From an uncultured Aminicenantes bacterium (GTDB lineage Bacteria; Acidobacteriota; Aminicenantia; UBA2199): DNA of 64,000 nucleotides. Of this stretch, positions 31,341 to 41,967 are shown one piece after another. Position 1 is the first letter of the stretch. Every line of letters starts with the position of its first letter. The translations under genes and the position numbers were made by a program. The notes under the pieces are model-generated. The model was given only the letters and a program-made list of their open reading frames with translations, was not told where the DNA came from and ran no database searches. The stretch spans positions 17,022-81,021 of the forward strand of contig CBDAFS010000039.1 of the NCBI GenBank assembly GCA_965195285.1, read 5' to 3'.

Positions 31341-32789
31341 TCAATCAAAGTAATAAACGGGAAGGGAATCGATTTGATTGAGCAACCGAAAGAAATGAGT
31401 TCTCAAACCCTTCAGCTTGACTGCAATGACAATGATGTCAACCGGAGTCTGTCTTTTTGAAAACCGACTCAGTTCAACCCGGGTGAAATGTCGATACTGA
31501 TCCTGCTGAACTCCGGATTCAATAAGAACAATATCCCGGATCCCCATGATTCGATGGAGAAAATCAATAACCCGGCCCCTAATCGCTGAAGACCCATAAA
31601 CAGCCACTGATTTGATTTCTTTGTTGAAGTCCTTCTGATTCAGATTAAAGACATCATCACTATGTTGTAGCCGTGGATAATACAGGGGAAACAACCGTTC
31701 AAAAAGATTCGGCTTCTTGTCGGATTTGAAAAAGGAGGGAAGTCGATGGTTCAACCTATCGATTATGGATTGTGATGTCTTTTCGACATTCCATTTCGCT
31801 GCATCCACCCGGGCCCGGCTGGCTTTAATTAGGGCATCCGCATAATTTTTATATAGGATCAACAGTTTAGCTTTCAAATCCCCGATGTCCGGTTCCGCCC
31901 ACTTAGAGCCAAAAAACCCAGGATATCTCAAATAATGATTTGCCTCGATATCAACCAGTTCAAATTTAATCAGATACGAATTTTTTGAATTTAAAAATTC
32001 ACATTGTCCGCCCCATCCGGTGGTTATGATGGGAGTACCAACCTGCATGACAGCTAACAAAGGCCGGCCGATTCCCTCGCCCCGGGAAGGTAATATGAAG
32101 CAATCCGCCCTGCGGTAAAGGGAATACAATTCTTTTTCAGTCAAAACCGCATTCAGTATACGAACCTCGGGAATTTCCTCTGGAAGGTTGAACTCATCCT
32201 TTATTTTTGTCAAAGTGGCATTGGTTTTAAGTACCAAACAGATATCATCATTGCTTTTAAAGGTTTCAATATAGGCCTTCAGTAATACATCCAGTCCTTT
32301 GCGGTAACGGGCATTATAATTAAACAGGGATAGTAGTACAAACTTGTTCTTCATCTCCAGCTGGTAAAGGGAACCGGGATCCGGAATCTTCAAATCAACC
32401 GGACTGGAAATGACAAACATCTTCTCCGGACTGACCCCTGATTTCCGGAACAGGTCAAAACAAAAATGATTGGGAACCCAGATTTCATTCAGTCGATTGA
32501 AGCGATAAACCCAGCTAAATGGAATTCTTGAAACTTCCAACATGGTCCGGGTAATGGAATACTGTTCCGGATTTGGTTGATAGGATCCATGCCTAAAGGA
32601 ATGAAACACAATGGGAATGCTGGGATCACTGTCACTTTGAAAATCAAATTCGCTGGGCCCCAGCCGCTTGTTTTTTCCAACCACCTTGACTTCTACTCCC
32701 TGGTTTTTAAGACCTCGTATCATAACTCTGGCCTCATCCGAATAACCTGAATTGGCAAAAATATTTTCACAAAACCACTGTATTTTCAT
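31341..32789 (-). CDS. Glycosyltransferase family 4 with ~110-aa C-terminal extension
   Basis: Motif GEGIGRPLLAVMQVGTPIITTGWGGQCEF (GT4 signature). 482 aa. Confidence 0.7.
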   Translation of the reverse strand: MKIQWFCENIFANSGYSDEARVMIRGLKNQGVEVKVVGKNKRLGPSEFDFQSDSDPSIPIVFHSFRHGSYQPNPEQYSITRTMLEVSRIPFSWVYRFNRLNEIWVPNHFCFDLFRKSGVSPEKMFVISSPVDLKIPDPGSLYQLEMKNKFVLLSLFNYNARYRKGLDVLLKAYIETFKSNDDICLVLKTNATLTKIKDEFNLPEEIPEVRILNAVLTEKELYSLYRRADCFILPSRGEGIGRPLLAVMQVGTPIITTGWGGQCEFLNSKNSYLIKFELVDIEANHYLRYPGFFGSKWAEPDIGDLKAKLLILYKNYADALIKASRARVDAAKWNVEKTSQSIIDRLNHRLPSFFKSDKKPNLFERLFPLYYPRLQHSDDVFNLNQKDFNKEIKSVAVYGSSAIRGRVIDFLHRIMGIRDIVLIESGVQQDQYRHFTRVELSRFSKRQTPVDIIVIAVKLKGLRTHFFRLLNQIDSLPVYYFD

Positions 32790-32850
32790 TTCATCTTAAT
32801 CTGATATCTTTTTACAATTTTCTATTTTTTGTCTTCTTAACTTCTCATAT

Positions 32851-33429
32851 TCATAACTTCTTTTTTAGAAGTTCTCCATATCTGAAACAATCCATGGTAT
32901 GGTCATTGACCATACCCACGGCCTGCATAAACGCATAACAGATAGTGGGACCCACAAAACTAAACCCTCTTTTTTTCAAATCCTTACTCATGGCAACCGA
33001 TTGGGTAGAAACTGCGGGCAATTGGCTGAGCTGTTTCCATTTATTAATAATTGGCTTGCCACTCACGAAGCGCCATATATAGTTATCAAAACTCCCAAAT
33101 TCGTCTTGAATGCCCAGGAATGCGCCGGCATTCCGGACCGCTGATTCTATTTTTAAACGGTTTCTGATAATACCCTTATCCTGCAACAACCTATTGATTT
33201 TTTCCCGGCTGAAACGGGCCACCTTGCCGGGATCAAAACCATCGAACACCCTTCGGTAATTCTCCCGCCTTTTTAAAATGGTCAACCAGCTTAACCCGGC
33301 TTGAGCACCATCCAGAATCAGAGCCTCAAAAAATTCAATATCATTATGGACTTCCACTCCCCATTCGGTATCATGATACTGGATATAAATCAAATCATCA
33401 GTAACCCATTCACAACGTTTTTTTTGCAT
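32851..33429 (-). CDS. tag: DNA-3-methyladenine glycosylase I
   Basis: KKRCEWVTDD..IQYHDTEWGV..AGLSWLTILKRRENYR..CYAFMQAVGMVNDH closely parallels E. coli Tag, including the C-terminal zinc ligands. Start chosen at the internal ATG preceded by GGAGG. Confidence 0.85.
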   Translation of the reverse strand: MQKKRCEWVTDDLIYIQYHDTEWGVEVHNDIEFFEALILDGAQAGLSWLTILKRRENYRRVFDGFDPGKVARFSREKINRLLQDKGIIRNRLKIESAVRNAGAFLGIQDEFGSFDNYIWRFVSGKPIINKWKQLSQLPAVSTQSVAMSKDLKKRGFSFVGPTICYAFMQAVGMVNDHTMDCFRYGELLKKKL

Positions 33430-33499
33430 ATTTGATACCTCCGCCATTACTATTTTTCATTTAAACCATCATCCTCTTTCAGATTTTGGTTGAAAACAA

Positions 33500-34213
33500 T
33501 CAGTCCGGAAAATGTTTTTTTAAGATTTCGCGGGCAATGACCAAATCCGCCTGATAGGTAATTTTTATATTTAACTCACTGCCTTCGATGATAAAGATTT
33601 CTGCCAGATTCGATTTAAAAATCAAGGAACAGTCATCCGGACTGTTTATGATCTCTTTTTCCCTGGCCAATAGATGAGCCCTTTGGATTAGTTGCCGCTC
33701 GAATGCCTGTGGCGTTTGAACCCGCTTTACAAATTGGCGATCGGGAATTGTTTTGATCTGAGAATGCGGATCAATTTCAATCACAGTATCGGAAAAAGAT
33801 ACCGCCGGGGCCACAGCTGAATATTTTCCCAGGCTGTTTATCAATTCATCAATGATGGTTTTGGGGATCAATGGCCTGGCCACATCATGTATGAGGATTT
33901 TCTCCACATCGCCTCCGGCTGCCATTACACCAATATATGATGATTCCTGCCGGGAGCTGCCTCCGGCCAATATGGATTCGATTTTCCTATAGTTATTTTT
34001 GACAATATTCACGGTTCTATTATGATAGTCCTGATTTTCAACCAGCACTATGCCATCAATCCCCGGGTGATTCTCAAATCGGTCCAGGGAGTGTTCCAAT
34101 ATTGTTTTCTCTCCGATCCGGGAAAATTGTTTGGGATATGCTTCTGCAAAACGCTGGCCCGAACCCCCGGCCAATAAGATCGCCACTGTTCGGTTCATTA
34201 TCGAATTTTCCAT
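33500..34213 (-). CDS. ispD: 2-C-methyl-D-erythritol 4-phosphate cytidylyltransferase
   Basis: VAILLAGGSGQRF nucleotide-binding motif. 237 aa. Confidence 0.85.
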   Translation of the reverse strand: MENSIMNRTVAILLAGGSGQRFAEAYPKQFSRIGEKTILEHSLDRFENHPGIDGIVLVENQDYHNRTVNIVKNNYRKIESILAGGSSRQESSYIGVMAAGGDVEKILIHDVARPLIPKTIIDELINSLGKYSAVAPAVSFSDTVIEIDPHSQIKTIPDRQFVKRVQTPQAFERQLIQRAHLLAREKEIINSPDDCSLIFKSNLAEIFIIEGSELNIKITYQADLVIAREILKKHFPD

Positions 34214-34297
34214 TTTGTCGGTTTGTCTTTGATATTTTACCCAATACTGCCCAAAAACTCAATCCGCAATCTTCGTATTCCCTTGACACCAGATCGG

Positions 34298-34326
34298 TTG
34301 ACAAAAAAAAGGTTAGATGATAAAAT
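34298..34326 (+). promoter_or_regulatory. Candidate sigma70 promoter TTGACA-17-TAAAAT upstream of rpmE
   Basis: TTGACA at 34298-34303, a 17-nt spacer, TAAAAT at 34321-34326. GGAGG Shine-Dalgarno site at 34337-34341. ATG at 34347. Confidence 0.45.
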
Positions 34327-34346
34327 TCAATATCCTGGAGGATAAA

Positions 34347-34553
34347 ATGAAAAAAGGAATACATCCTGAATATATGGAATGCACGGTAACCTGCGCCTGC
34401 GGCAATACATTCAAAACCAGGGCAACCACAAAACAGATTGAAATCGAAATCTGCTCTTCCTGTCATCCTTTCTATACCGGAAAACAGAAATATGTGGATA
34501 CTGAAGGAAGAATAGAAAAGTTTAAAAAGAAATACGGTTATCAGGAAAAGTAA
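34347..34553 (+). CDS. rpmE: 50S ribosomal protein L31
   Basis: MKKGIHPEY...CxxC zinc motif ([17 protein letters not shown]). 68 aa from the internal ATG with a GGAGG Shine-Dalgarno site. Confidence 0.9.
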   Translation: MKKGIHPEYMECTVTCACGNTFKTRATTKQIEIEICSSCHPFYTGKQKYVDTEGRIEKFKKKYGYQEK

Positions 34554-34594
34554 TACATGTTTCTTTTTTTCTAACCCTCTTCATATACTGATTC

Positions 34595-35716
34595 ATGACT
34601 ATGGAAGCACCGGTCTCCATTTCCCAACAAAAGCTATTTAATCATCTGGAACAACTCCATCTGAAATACAATTCCATTTCAGACCAGCTCTCCAAAACTG
34701 AAATTATCAATAACCTGGTAAAACTGAAGGAACTGTCCAAGCAGCTTTCCCATTTGAAACCCCTTGAAGACAAATACCTGAAAATGAAAAAATATTCCAC
34801 TCAGAGAGTGGAAACCGAAATCCTGTTGAAAAACTCGGATGAAGAAGCCATGAAAGAATTGGCCAGAGAAGAGATTGAACAACTTAATAATAAAATCAGC
34901 CAAATCGAACAGGAAATAATCCAGCTTCTGGTAATCGATCAAACCGAAGAAAACAGAAACGTATTCCTTGAAATCAGGGCCGGCGTCGGTGGGAATGAGG
35001 CATCGCTTTTCGCATCCGACCTATTGAGAATGTACTCCAGAATCGCTGAGCAAAAGGGATGGAAATCCGAAATCATCTCAACTACCTATTCAGCTATTGG
35101 GGGAATAAAAGAAATCATTCTCCATATCAAAGGAAACACGGTAAACCAAAATCTTCAGTTTGAAAGCGGCGTTCATCGTGTCCAAAGGGTCCCGGTTACC
35201 GAAGCCAGCGGCAGGATCCACACCTCCACCGTAACCGTCGCGGTTATGCCAGAAGCTGAAGATGTGGAAATTAAGATCAATCCCAAAGATATTAGAACTG
35301 ATACATTTTCGGCATCAGGACCCGGGGGGCAACATGTAAACAGAACCCAATCTGCCATTCGGATCACCCATAACCCCACCGGGATAGTGGTTACCTGCCA
35401 GGATGAAAAATCTCAGCACAAGAATAAGGACAAAGCCATGAAGGTACTTAAAGCCAGATTGTTCGAATTTGAAAAAAAGAAGCAGGAAAGCAGCATTGCC
35501 GACTCCAGAAAATCCCAGGTGGGATCCGGAGAAAGATCTGAAAAAATCAGAACCTATAATTTCCCCCAGAATCGGGTTACCGATCATCGAATAACCGGAA
35601 AAAATTTCAATCTGGAAAGCATTCTTAACGGCCTCATCAATGATTTATTCAAAGAACTACATGAAGTATATTCTAAAAAAATGATTGAGGAAAAACTTAA
35701 TCAAATCATCGCTTAG
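34595..35716 (+). CDS. prfA: Peptide chain release factor 1
   Basis: GGQHVNRTQSAIRITHNPTG (GGQ motif). PVT tripeptide (RF1-type stop-codon recognition). Confidence 0.9.
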   Translation: MTMEAPVSISQQKLFNHLEQLHLKYNSISDQLSKTEIINNLVKLKELSKQLSHLKPLEDKYLKMKKYSTQRVETEILLKNSDEEAMKELAREEIEQLNNKISQIEQEIIQLLVIDQTEENRNVFLEIRAGVGGNEASLFASDLLRMYSRIAEQKGWKSEIISTTYSAIGGIKEIILHIKGNTVNQNLQFESGVHRVQRVPVTEASGRIHTSTVTVAVMPEAEDVEIKINPKDIRTDTFSASGPGGQHVNRTQSAIRITHNPTGIVVTCQDEKSQHKNKDKAMKVLKARLFEFEKKKQESSIADSRKSQVGSGERSEKIRTYNFPQNRVTDHRITGKNFNLESILNGLINDLFKELHEVYSKKMIEEKLNQIIA

Positions 35717-36564
35717 TGTACTATTCCGATTTATATTACCAGACCCTGCAAAACCTGCCCCGCTATTCCAGAAATAAGGATTCGCAATCGAACCTGGCTC
35801 TGGATATTCAGATTTTGATGGAAAAGGCATTCGGACTTTCCAGAGATCAATTCTGGATAATGAAACAGAATCAAATTACGGATAGATGTCAGTTGAGAAA
35901 ATTTTACCGGTATCTGGAAAGACTCAAAAACCACGAGCCACTGGCTTACATTATTCAGGAGAAGCAATTCTATACTGCCAGTTTTTTTGTGAATAAACAT
36001 GTTCTGATTCCACGGCCGGAGACAGAATTGATAGTAGAAAAAGCAATCGATACATTGACCTCACCGGCCAGGGTACTGGACATTGGAGCCGGCAGCGGGA
36101 ATATTTCCATTGTCATCGCACTGGAAACCGGCTCAATGGTATTAGCGATTGAAAAGGAAAAAAAAACATTTCAGGTATTATGCCACAATATTGGAATTCA
36201 CCGAGTCAAAGGACAGGTCATTCCCCAACACTCAGATTTATTTCCAAAAAAAAAATCAACATTCGACCTGATTGTATCAAACCCCCCCTATGTTTCCGAG
36301 AATGAGTGGATTGACCTTCCCCCACACATCAGAAACCATGAGCCCAAGCAGGCATTGGTCTCTGGCCCCAGCGGATACGAAATAATTGAAAAAATCATAT
36401 CAAGAGCCAAAGATTATTTGAAACCAACAGGAAAACTGCTGATTGAAATCGGATACCAGCAGAAGCCGGTAGTCGAGAAATTACTGATAGATGCTGACTT
36501 CCATCATATAGATTTTATAAATGATTACGGTCAGATTCCACGGATTGCCTGTGCACAACCATGA
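35716..36564 (+). CDS. prmC: Release factor glutamine N5-methyltransferase (HemK/PrmC)
   Basis: VLDIGAGSGNI SAM motif. IVSNPPYV (NPPY) motif. Conserved position after prfA. Confidence 0.85.
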   Translation: MYYSDLYYQTLQNLPRYSRNKDSQSNLALDIQILMEKAFGLSRDQFWIMKQNQITDRCQLRKFYRYLERLKNHEPLAYIIQEKQFYTASFFVNKHVLIPRPETELIVEKAIDTLTSPARVLDIGAGSGNISIVIALETGSMVLAIEKEKKTFQVLCHNIGIHRVKGQVIPQHSDLFPKKKSTFDLIVSNPPYVSENEWIDLPPHIRNHEPKQALVSGPSGYEIIEKIISRAKDYLKPTGKLLIEIGYQQKPVVEKLLIDADFHHIDFINDYGQIPRIACAQP

Positions 36565-37916
36565 GAACACTTTTATTAAATCCTTACATCCATGACTTTA
36601 CCGCCTTCGATTTATGGTTGAGGCCCATTGGGCTTCTATATATCGCCGCTGTCTTAAAAAAATATACGGATTGCGAAATACACTGGATCGATGTTCTGGA
36701 CCGATTTCAGGATCTGAAAGGAAGTGAAACCAAATCAAGTGAAGACGGAAGGGGGAAATTCCATCAGGAAATCATTGAAAAACCAGAGATTTATAAACAA
36801 ATTCCCCGTCACTATTCCAGATACGGAATGCCGGTTAGCCTTTTTAAAGAAAAACTGGATCAACTGCCGGATCTCGATTTCATTTTTATAACCAGTCTCA
36901 TGACCTACTGGTTTGATGGGATTGTTTTTTCCATTGAACATTTGAGAGAAAGATTTCCCAGAGCCAAAATCATTCTGGGAGGAATATTGCCTACCCTGCT
37001 TTCAAGAAAAATCAAAAAAAGCATCCGGGTTGATGATATCATTGAAGGATATGGCGAGGGCCAGGTTCTGGAATACCTGAAAAATAACCGGGTTCACTGT
37101 AATAACCACCCTGATTTCTCAAAAATCGACAACATCCCCTTTCCAGCCTACGAGTACTTATCCAGTCAACGGATTCTCCCTTTATTGACCTCCAGAGGCT
37201 GCCCCTATCAATGTACCTATTGCGCTACCAACCTCTTGAATCCCGGTTTCTTTGAAAGATCCAGCCCCAACATCATTCGGGAAATAAACACCCTGGTTGA
37301 GAAATACAGTCCCGAACATATAGTGATATTTGATGATGCCTTTCTGGTCAATCAACAGAATCGATTCCAGAGAGTATTTAGTGAAATCAAGAACATATCC
37401 GGAATAAAATTTCACACACCCAACGGTCTTCATGCAAGGGAGATCAAACCCGAAACTGCGGATCTTTTATTCAAGTCCGGATTTAAAACCATCAGACTCA
37501 GTTTCGAATCCATCAAAGCTGAAATCCTTAAGAGGAGTTCCAATAAGGTGAACATCGAACAAATGTCCTGGGCAATTCAAAATTTGGAAAACGCCGGATA
37601 CAGGCGGAGAGAGATTGAAGTATACTTGCTATTCGGCATAAACGGACAGACCCGGGCAGACCTGCGCGACACCCTGCTATTTATGGGAGATCTGGGTGTC
37701 ATTCCCCGTTTATCCTATTTTTCTCCGGTGCCAGGTACCATCGATTACCTGAATCTCCAACAACAGGGAATTTTATCCCGGGATCTGGATTTATATGAAA
37801 CCAATAAAACCTATTTTGTCTATCAGAAATCAGGGTTAACCGAGTCAGATATCCATCATATCAAAGAGTTGACCAATCAAATCGTCTGTTCAAACCGGGA
37901 AACTTCACCCGATTGA
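36561..37916 (+). CDS. B12-binding-domain radical SAM protein
   Basis: CPYQCTYC CxxxCxxC motif. N-terminal Rossmann-like B12-binding-type domain. 451 aa. Confidence 0.7.
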   Translation: MRTLLLNPYIHDFTAFDLWLRPIGLLYIAAVLKKYTDCEIHWIDVLDRFQDLKGSETKSSEDGRGKFHQEIIEKPEIYKQIPRHYSRYGMPVSLFKEKLDQLPDLDFIFITSLMTYWFDGIVFSIEHLRERFPRAKIILGGILPTLLSRKIKKSIRVDDIIEGYGEGQVLEYLKNNRVHCNNHPDFSKIDNIPFPAYEYLSSQRILPLLTSRGCPYQCTYCATNLLNPGFFERSSPNIIREINTLVEKYSPEHIVIFDDAFLVNQQNRFQRVFSEIKNISGIKFHTPNGLHAREIKPETADLLFKSGFKTIRLSFESIKAEILKRSSNKVNIEQMSWAIQNLENAGYRRREIEVYLLFGINGQTRADLRDTLLFMGDLGVIPRLSYFSPVPGTIDYLNLQQQGILSRDLDLYETNKTYFVYQKSGLTESDIHHIKELTNQIVCSNRETSPD

Positions 37917-38581
37917 AATGGTGGGAACTGGCCGGACTGAAGATTCAGTTTGTTCAAATACGGAATTAAAACCTCTTTCCAGGCCTTGTAACCTTGCCTG
38001 GATAGATGCAACCCGTCAACCGTATATTCTGAACTGAGCCCATTGCCCGGGCAGAGTGTGGCATTTAAATCAATAAAATCGATTTGATTGTTTTCAGCAA
38101 ACTCTTTTAAACGGCTATTCAATTCCTCAACCTGGCGGTTGATTTCTCCGGATTTAAATATTCCTGAAGAAACAAAAAGGGTTGATTGAATCACCGGTCT
38201 TATCTGGTTTCGAACTAGCTTCTGTATCAGGAAAATATAATTTTCATATATCTTCTCAACTGCAAATCCATGAGAAAGATCATTGATGCCGCCCATTATG
38301 AAACACAGAACCGGTTTCAGTCGAATGACAGAATCCAACCGGGTGATGAATCTGGCGGTCGTATCACCATTGATTCCCTTGTTCTCCACATCATTGCGAT
38401 CTAACAAGACATTCCAGTTGGTTCGGAAGGTAATGGAATCACCCAGCATGACAATCTTCACCGATTGACCCGGAGACGATTCAAGCGATTGTTTGGTTAC
38501 TGAATTCGTATCAAATGAAACCAGTAAATAGATAGAAACCATTAACAGTAAGATAAAAGCCAATCCAAAGAGTTTGCTCAT
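37877..38581 (-). CDS. SGNH/GDSL-family hydrolase, membrane-anchored
   Basis: GDSITF (Ser nucleophile block I). GGINDL (block III). N-terminal signal anchor. Start taken at the internal Met MSKLFGLAF. Confidence 0.65.
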   Translation of the reverse strand: MSKLFGLAFILLLMVSIYLLVSFDTNSVTKQSLESSPGQSVKIVMLGDSITFRTNWNVLLDRNDVENKGINGDTTARFITRLDSVIRLKPVLCFIMGGINDLSHGFAVEKIYENYIFLIQKLVRNQIRPVIQSTLFVSSGIFKSGEINRQVEELNSRLKEFAENNQIDFIDLNATLCPGNGLSSEYTVDGLHLSRQGYKAWKEVLIPYLNKLNLQSGQFPPFQSGEVSRFEQTI

Positions 38582-38589
38582 GGAGATAT

Positions 38590-39294
38590 CTATTGATGTT
38601 TCAATTGCAGGGCCTCTATTTCCGAAACCGAAATGTTGTTCTGCAGGCAATCCATACACTGATAGTATTTATCAAATCCATCCCGGTATCTGGGCCTGAA
38701 TTTATGGAAAGTGTCCTGTCGGCAATGGCTGCAATAGACCCTGTAACCACTCTTTTTCCAGCCAGGATCATCGATAATTCCTCGCTTGGACACACACCAG
38801 TCCCACACCACCCTGCAAGCCCGGCAATCCGAAAGGGCCCGGTGTTGTCCGCCCAGTTCTTCAATTTTTCTTCCGGTTGCCACATTAAAGGCTTTGGAGA
38901 GTGGAAACCTTTTGCTGGAAAAAAAACCTTCCAGTTCTTCATATATATAAATGAATTCCTTCATGCAGCAAATGACATCCGCTTGGGCCCAGATATCTTC
39001 AGGGAAAAATCGGACATCAAATTCAGCATTGTAAATAATGAGTTTGCCAACAGACTGAAAAATGGCCCGTATGTCTCCCATTACATCCTCCAACAATGGG
39101 GCATCGTTGACCATATCCTCATGAATCCCGTGGATACCAATTACCCGCTCCGGTATTGGTTTCCGGGGATTTATTAGGGTGTTTATTAAAACCGTATCTG
39201 AATGATCAATGATTGCCAGTTCAACAATCTTATCTGCAGGAGGATGTAAACCGGTTGTTTCCGTATCCAGAAAAACAGTCAATTTCTTGCTCAT
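38590..39294 (-). CDS. DEDDh 3'-5' exonuclease (DnaQ/epsilon-like) with C-terminal Cys4 zinc-ribbon
   Basis: Exo motifs FLDTETTGL, YNAEFD, HRALSD. C-terminal YCSHCRQD...YQCMDC. Confidence 0.7.
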   Translation of the reverse strand: MSKKLTVFLDTETTGLHPPADKIVELAIIDHSDTVLINTLINPRKPIPERVIGIHGIHEDMVNDAPLLEDVMGDIRAIFQSVGKLIIYNAEFDVRFFPEDIWAQADVICCMKEFIYIYEELEGFFSSKRFPLSKAFNVATGRKIEELGGQHRALSDCRACRVVWDWCVSKRGIIDDPGWKKSGYRVYCSHCRQDTFHKFRPRYRDGFDKYYQCMDCLQNNISVSEIEALQLKHQ

Positions 39295-39394
39295 CTGCTT
39301 TTATCTATAAAAATTTTATCACAAGTCGCAATCATTTAAAATCTTTACCTGTTTTTCAACCCTTATTTCAGAGTACATCAGTATATAAATTTCA

Positions 39395-41284
39395 TCAGGT
39401 GAGCAATACCTGCAAGTTGATATTCTTCATCTCCAGAATTCCTGAACCAATCAGTATCTCCGGATGCGAATGAATTTCCATTTTTCCTTTAAATTTGCCT
39501 CTTATTTTTTGTCTTGAAATCAGGTATACATGATTGATATTCAAGGTTAACTTGAATCGGGTATAGATTTCCCTCATTTGAGCACCCAGGCTTCGCAGGT
39601 TATTGGATCTGACTTCCAGTAAATATACCTGATAATAAGGAGGCAATGAAAACCACTTTCTGTATTTCAGCTCCCTTAGAAAAAACGCACTCTCCTGTTC
39701 AATCAACTTCAAGGCATAATGAAAATGAAATGTTGAAAAGACATGAATTACACCGGCATGCTTAACCAGTTCCTTCAATTCCGAAACCATTGAAAAAATC
39801 ATTTCACCGGTATTGTATTCATTCATGTTGAAAACCGATTCTGGTCGATGGTAAACCATGGAATCAAAAAGATTTTTAAAAAATGGATTCACCAGTACGG
39901 GAGTGGCAATAACGATCCGGTTTTTCTCAATCCGATCAAGAACAGAGTTAACATCCTTCATGTCCTCGGCAGTAAGCGATAAAACACCTTTTTCAGAAAT
40001 CTTTTTTCTAACGATTTCTTTCATACTGGCAATACTCGGATCCTTTACTTCCATCAATTCATCTGTACATACAGAACATTTTCGAAAATGTTCTTGGTTT
40101 AAATTACAGCGGGTACAGTTGATATTAAATTCATGTCTTACGGTTAGAATTCCTCCGCAGGATGGACACTTCTGGATTTTTTTGCATTTTTGACAATACA
40201 GAAAAATAGATGATTTTTTTTTATTTATAATAATCAGTATTTTTTCATTCTCCATAAAACGGTTTTTCAACCATTCGATCAATGGGTCAGGTATTCCTTT
40301 CTCCTTCCGGGGAATAGAACTGACCTCAACCTTAATACCTTTGTCTATCCTTCTATCTTCAATTTTAATCTCCGCCTGTTTCGAAAAAACCCTTGAGGTA
40401 AAGGTTGAAAATCCCTCGATCAACGGAATTTCATATTTATCGGAACGGATCCGGGCGATATGATTGAGGTTAAAATCCGTGTAATGGCTTTTTTGATGGG
40501 TAAACGATCCTGCTCTTTCGGAAATCACACAACCCAGATTTTCAATGGGAAGCATTATTGCTGATAATCCCCCTATCAAAACACCAGATTCACCATTGGC
40601 ATATCGATACCATATTTGCTCTCTCCGGGAGATCGGTACCTGAGAATAATACAAATCCGAATCCCGGATGTTCTTTATCCAAAACTCGGCTGTCCAGCGA
40701 TCCGGGACCGTGATCAATACAGACTGATCTTTTCTTTTGTAGAAATCGATTATTTCACTATACACATCGAGTCGATCATATGAGATCACAAATCGGTTTT
40801 TAACTCTAGATTCCGGTACTGAAACCTGCTGAGGACTCCCGGGTAGTTCGGAGTACTCATGTTTATAGAAAAAGCGAATGGGTTTTTCCTTTGAAAGCTG
40901 CTCGGCTTCCAATAGACTCAGGTGTTTGAAATTTTTAATTTCATTTTCCTTCTTATAAAACAGGTTCTGAGTTGATTTCTGTCGGGGAGAAAGTGAATAA
41001 TCCAGTATCAAGCCTTGCGAAGAAAAATATGAATCCGATACGGTGCTGGCAAAAGTAAAGTAGGTATCGGAAACAGGATTCTCATCGATAACTCCAACAA
41101 CCTTTTTTACTTTCCCAGAATACCCAGATTCATTTTTGACCACCCAACCGGTGATCAGGCGTTTGCCAAAGGGAATCACAATCCGCTTCCCGGGTCCGAT
41201 ATCATTGGCGTTTCCTAAAAATTCATAGGTGAATTGTTCAAAAATATTTATGGAGAGCGATACCTGAATCCGCATTACACTCAT
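39395..41284 (-). CDS. PriA-like primosomal protein N' homologue with degenerate helicase motifs
   Basis: N-terminal 3'-DNA-binding-like domain (KRIVIPFGKRLITGWVV). PriA-type Cys-rich zinc region (CQKCKK..CPSCGG..H..CTRC..CSVC). The Walker A position lacks G-x4-GKT. The Walker B/DEEH position reads ISERAG. Confidence 0.55.
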   Translation of the reverse strand: MSVMRIQVSLSINIFEQFTYEFLGNANDIGPGKRIVIPFGKRLITGWVVKNESGYSGKVKKVVGVIDENPVSDTYFTFASTVSDSYFSSQGLILDYSLSPRQKSTQNLFYKKENEIKNFKHLSLLEAEQLSKEKPIRFFYKHEYSELPGSPQQVSVPESRVKNRFVISYDRLDVYSEIIDFYKRKDQSVLITVPDRWTAEFWIKNIRDSDLYYSQVPISRREQIWYRYANGESGVLIGGLSAIMLPIENLGCVISERAGSFTHQKSHYTDFNLNHIARIRSDKYEIPLIEGFSTFTSRVFSKQAEIKIEDRRIDKGIKVEVSSIPRKEKGIPDPLIEWLKNRFMENEKILIIINKKKSSIFLYCQKCKKIQKCPSCGGILTVRHEFNINCTRCNLNQEHFRKCSVCTDELMEVKDPSIASMKEIVRKKISEKGVLSLTAEDMKDVNSVLDRIEKNRIVIATPVLVNPFFKNLFDSMVYHRPESVFNMNEYNTGEMIFSMVSELKELVKHAGVIHVFSTFHFHYALKLIEQESAFFLRELKYRKWFSLPPYYQVYLLEVRSNNLRSLGAQMREIYTRFKLTLNINHVYLISRQKIRGKFKGKMEIHSHPEILIGSGILEMKNINLQVLLT

Positions 41285-41967
41285 GAACCGGATGCTTCTT
41301 TAACGATAGACAGTACTTTTTGCATATCTTCCCATACATTCCATTTGACTTTTGAAATTTCTGACTGTAGTCTCTGACGTAGGATATAGGAAGGATGGAA
41401 AGTCGGAATAACCGGAACCCCATTGAATTCAAAACACTGTCCCCGAACTCTGGAAATGGAATACTGGCCACCCAGAAGATTTTCCAAAGCAACTTTCCCC
41501 AAACATACCAATACCTTTGGATTTAATACTTCAATCTGTCGCTTTAAATACGGCAGGCAGGCATCCACTTCATCTTTCATGGGATTTCTATTGTTGGGAG
41601 GCCTGCACTTAAGGATGTTTCCGATAAATACCTGCCCCCGGTCATATCCCATTTTTTTCAACACTTTATCCAACAACTGCCCGGCCTTGCCAATAAAGGG
41701 CCGTCCAAATCTGTCCTCTGTCTCCCCCGGACCTTCTCCGATAAAAAAAATATCTGGCGACAAAGAGCCTTCTCCGGGGACATAATGAAGTTTGGTTTTA
41801 TGTAAAGGACACTTGGTGCACTGTTTGATTTCATTATGGATTTCATTTATAAGCAGGCCCGGATCATCGGCCTGAACTTCTAAAAATTCAACTCCGATTT
41901 CTCGATAGAATTCCAAAACTTCTTTCAATTGGTCCTGTACATTCGGATGAATATGTAATTCTTTCAC
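41281..41967 (-). CDS. Uracil-DNA glycosylase family 4 (Fe-S type)
   Basis: GEGPGETEDRFGRPFIGKAGQLL and the HPS motif (TFHPSYILR). N-terminal CTKCPLHKT Fe-S cysteines. Confidence 0.8.
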   Translation of the reverse strand: MKELHIHPNVQDQLKEVLEFYREIGVEFLEVQADDPGLLINEIHNEIKQCTKCPLHKTKLHYVPGEGSLSPDIFFIGEGPGETEDRFGRPFIGKAGQLLDKVLKKMGYDRGQVFIGNILKCRPPNNRNPMKDEVDACLPYLKRQIEVLNPKVLVCLGKVALENLLGGQYSISRVRGQCFEFNGVPVIPTFHPSYILRQRLQSEISKVKWNVWEDMQKVLSIVKEASGS

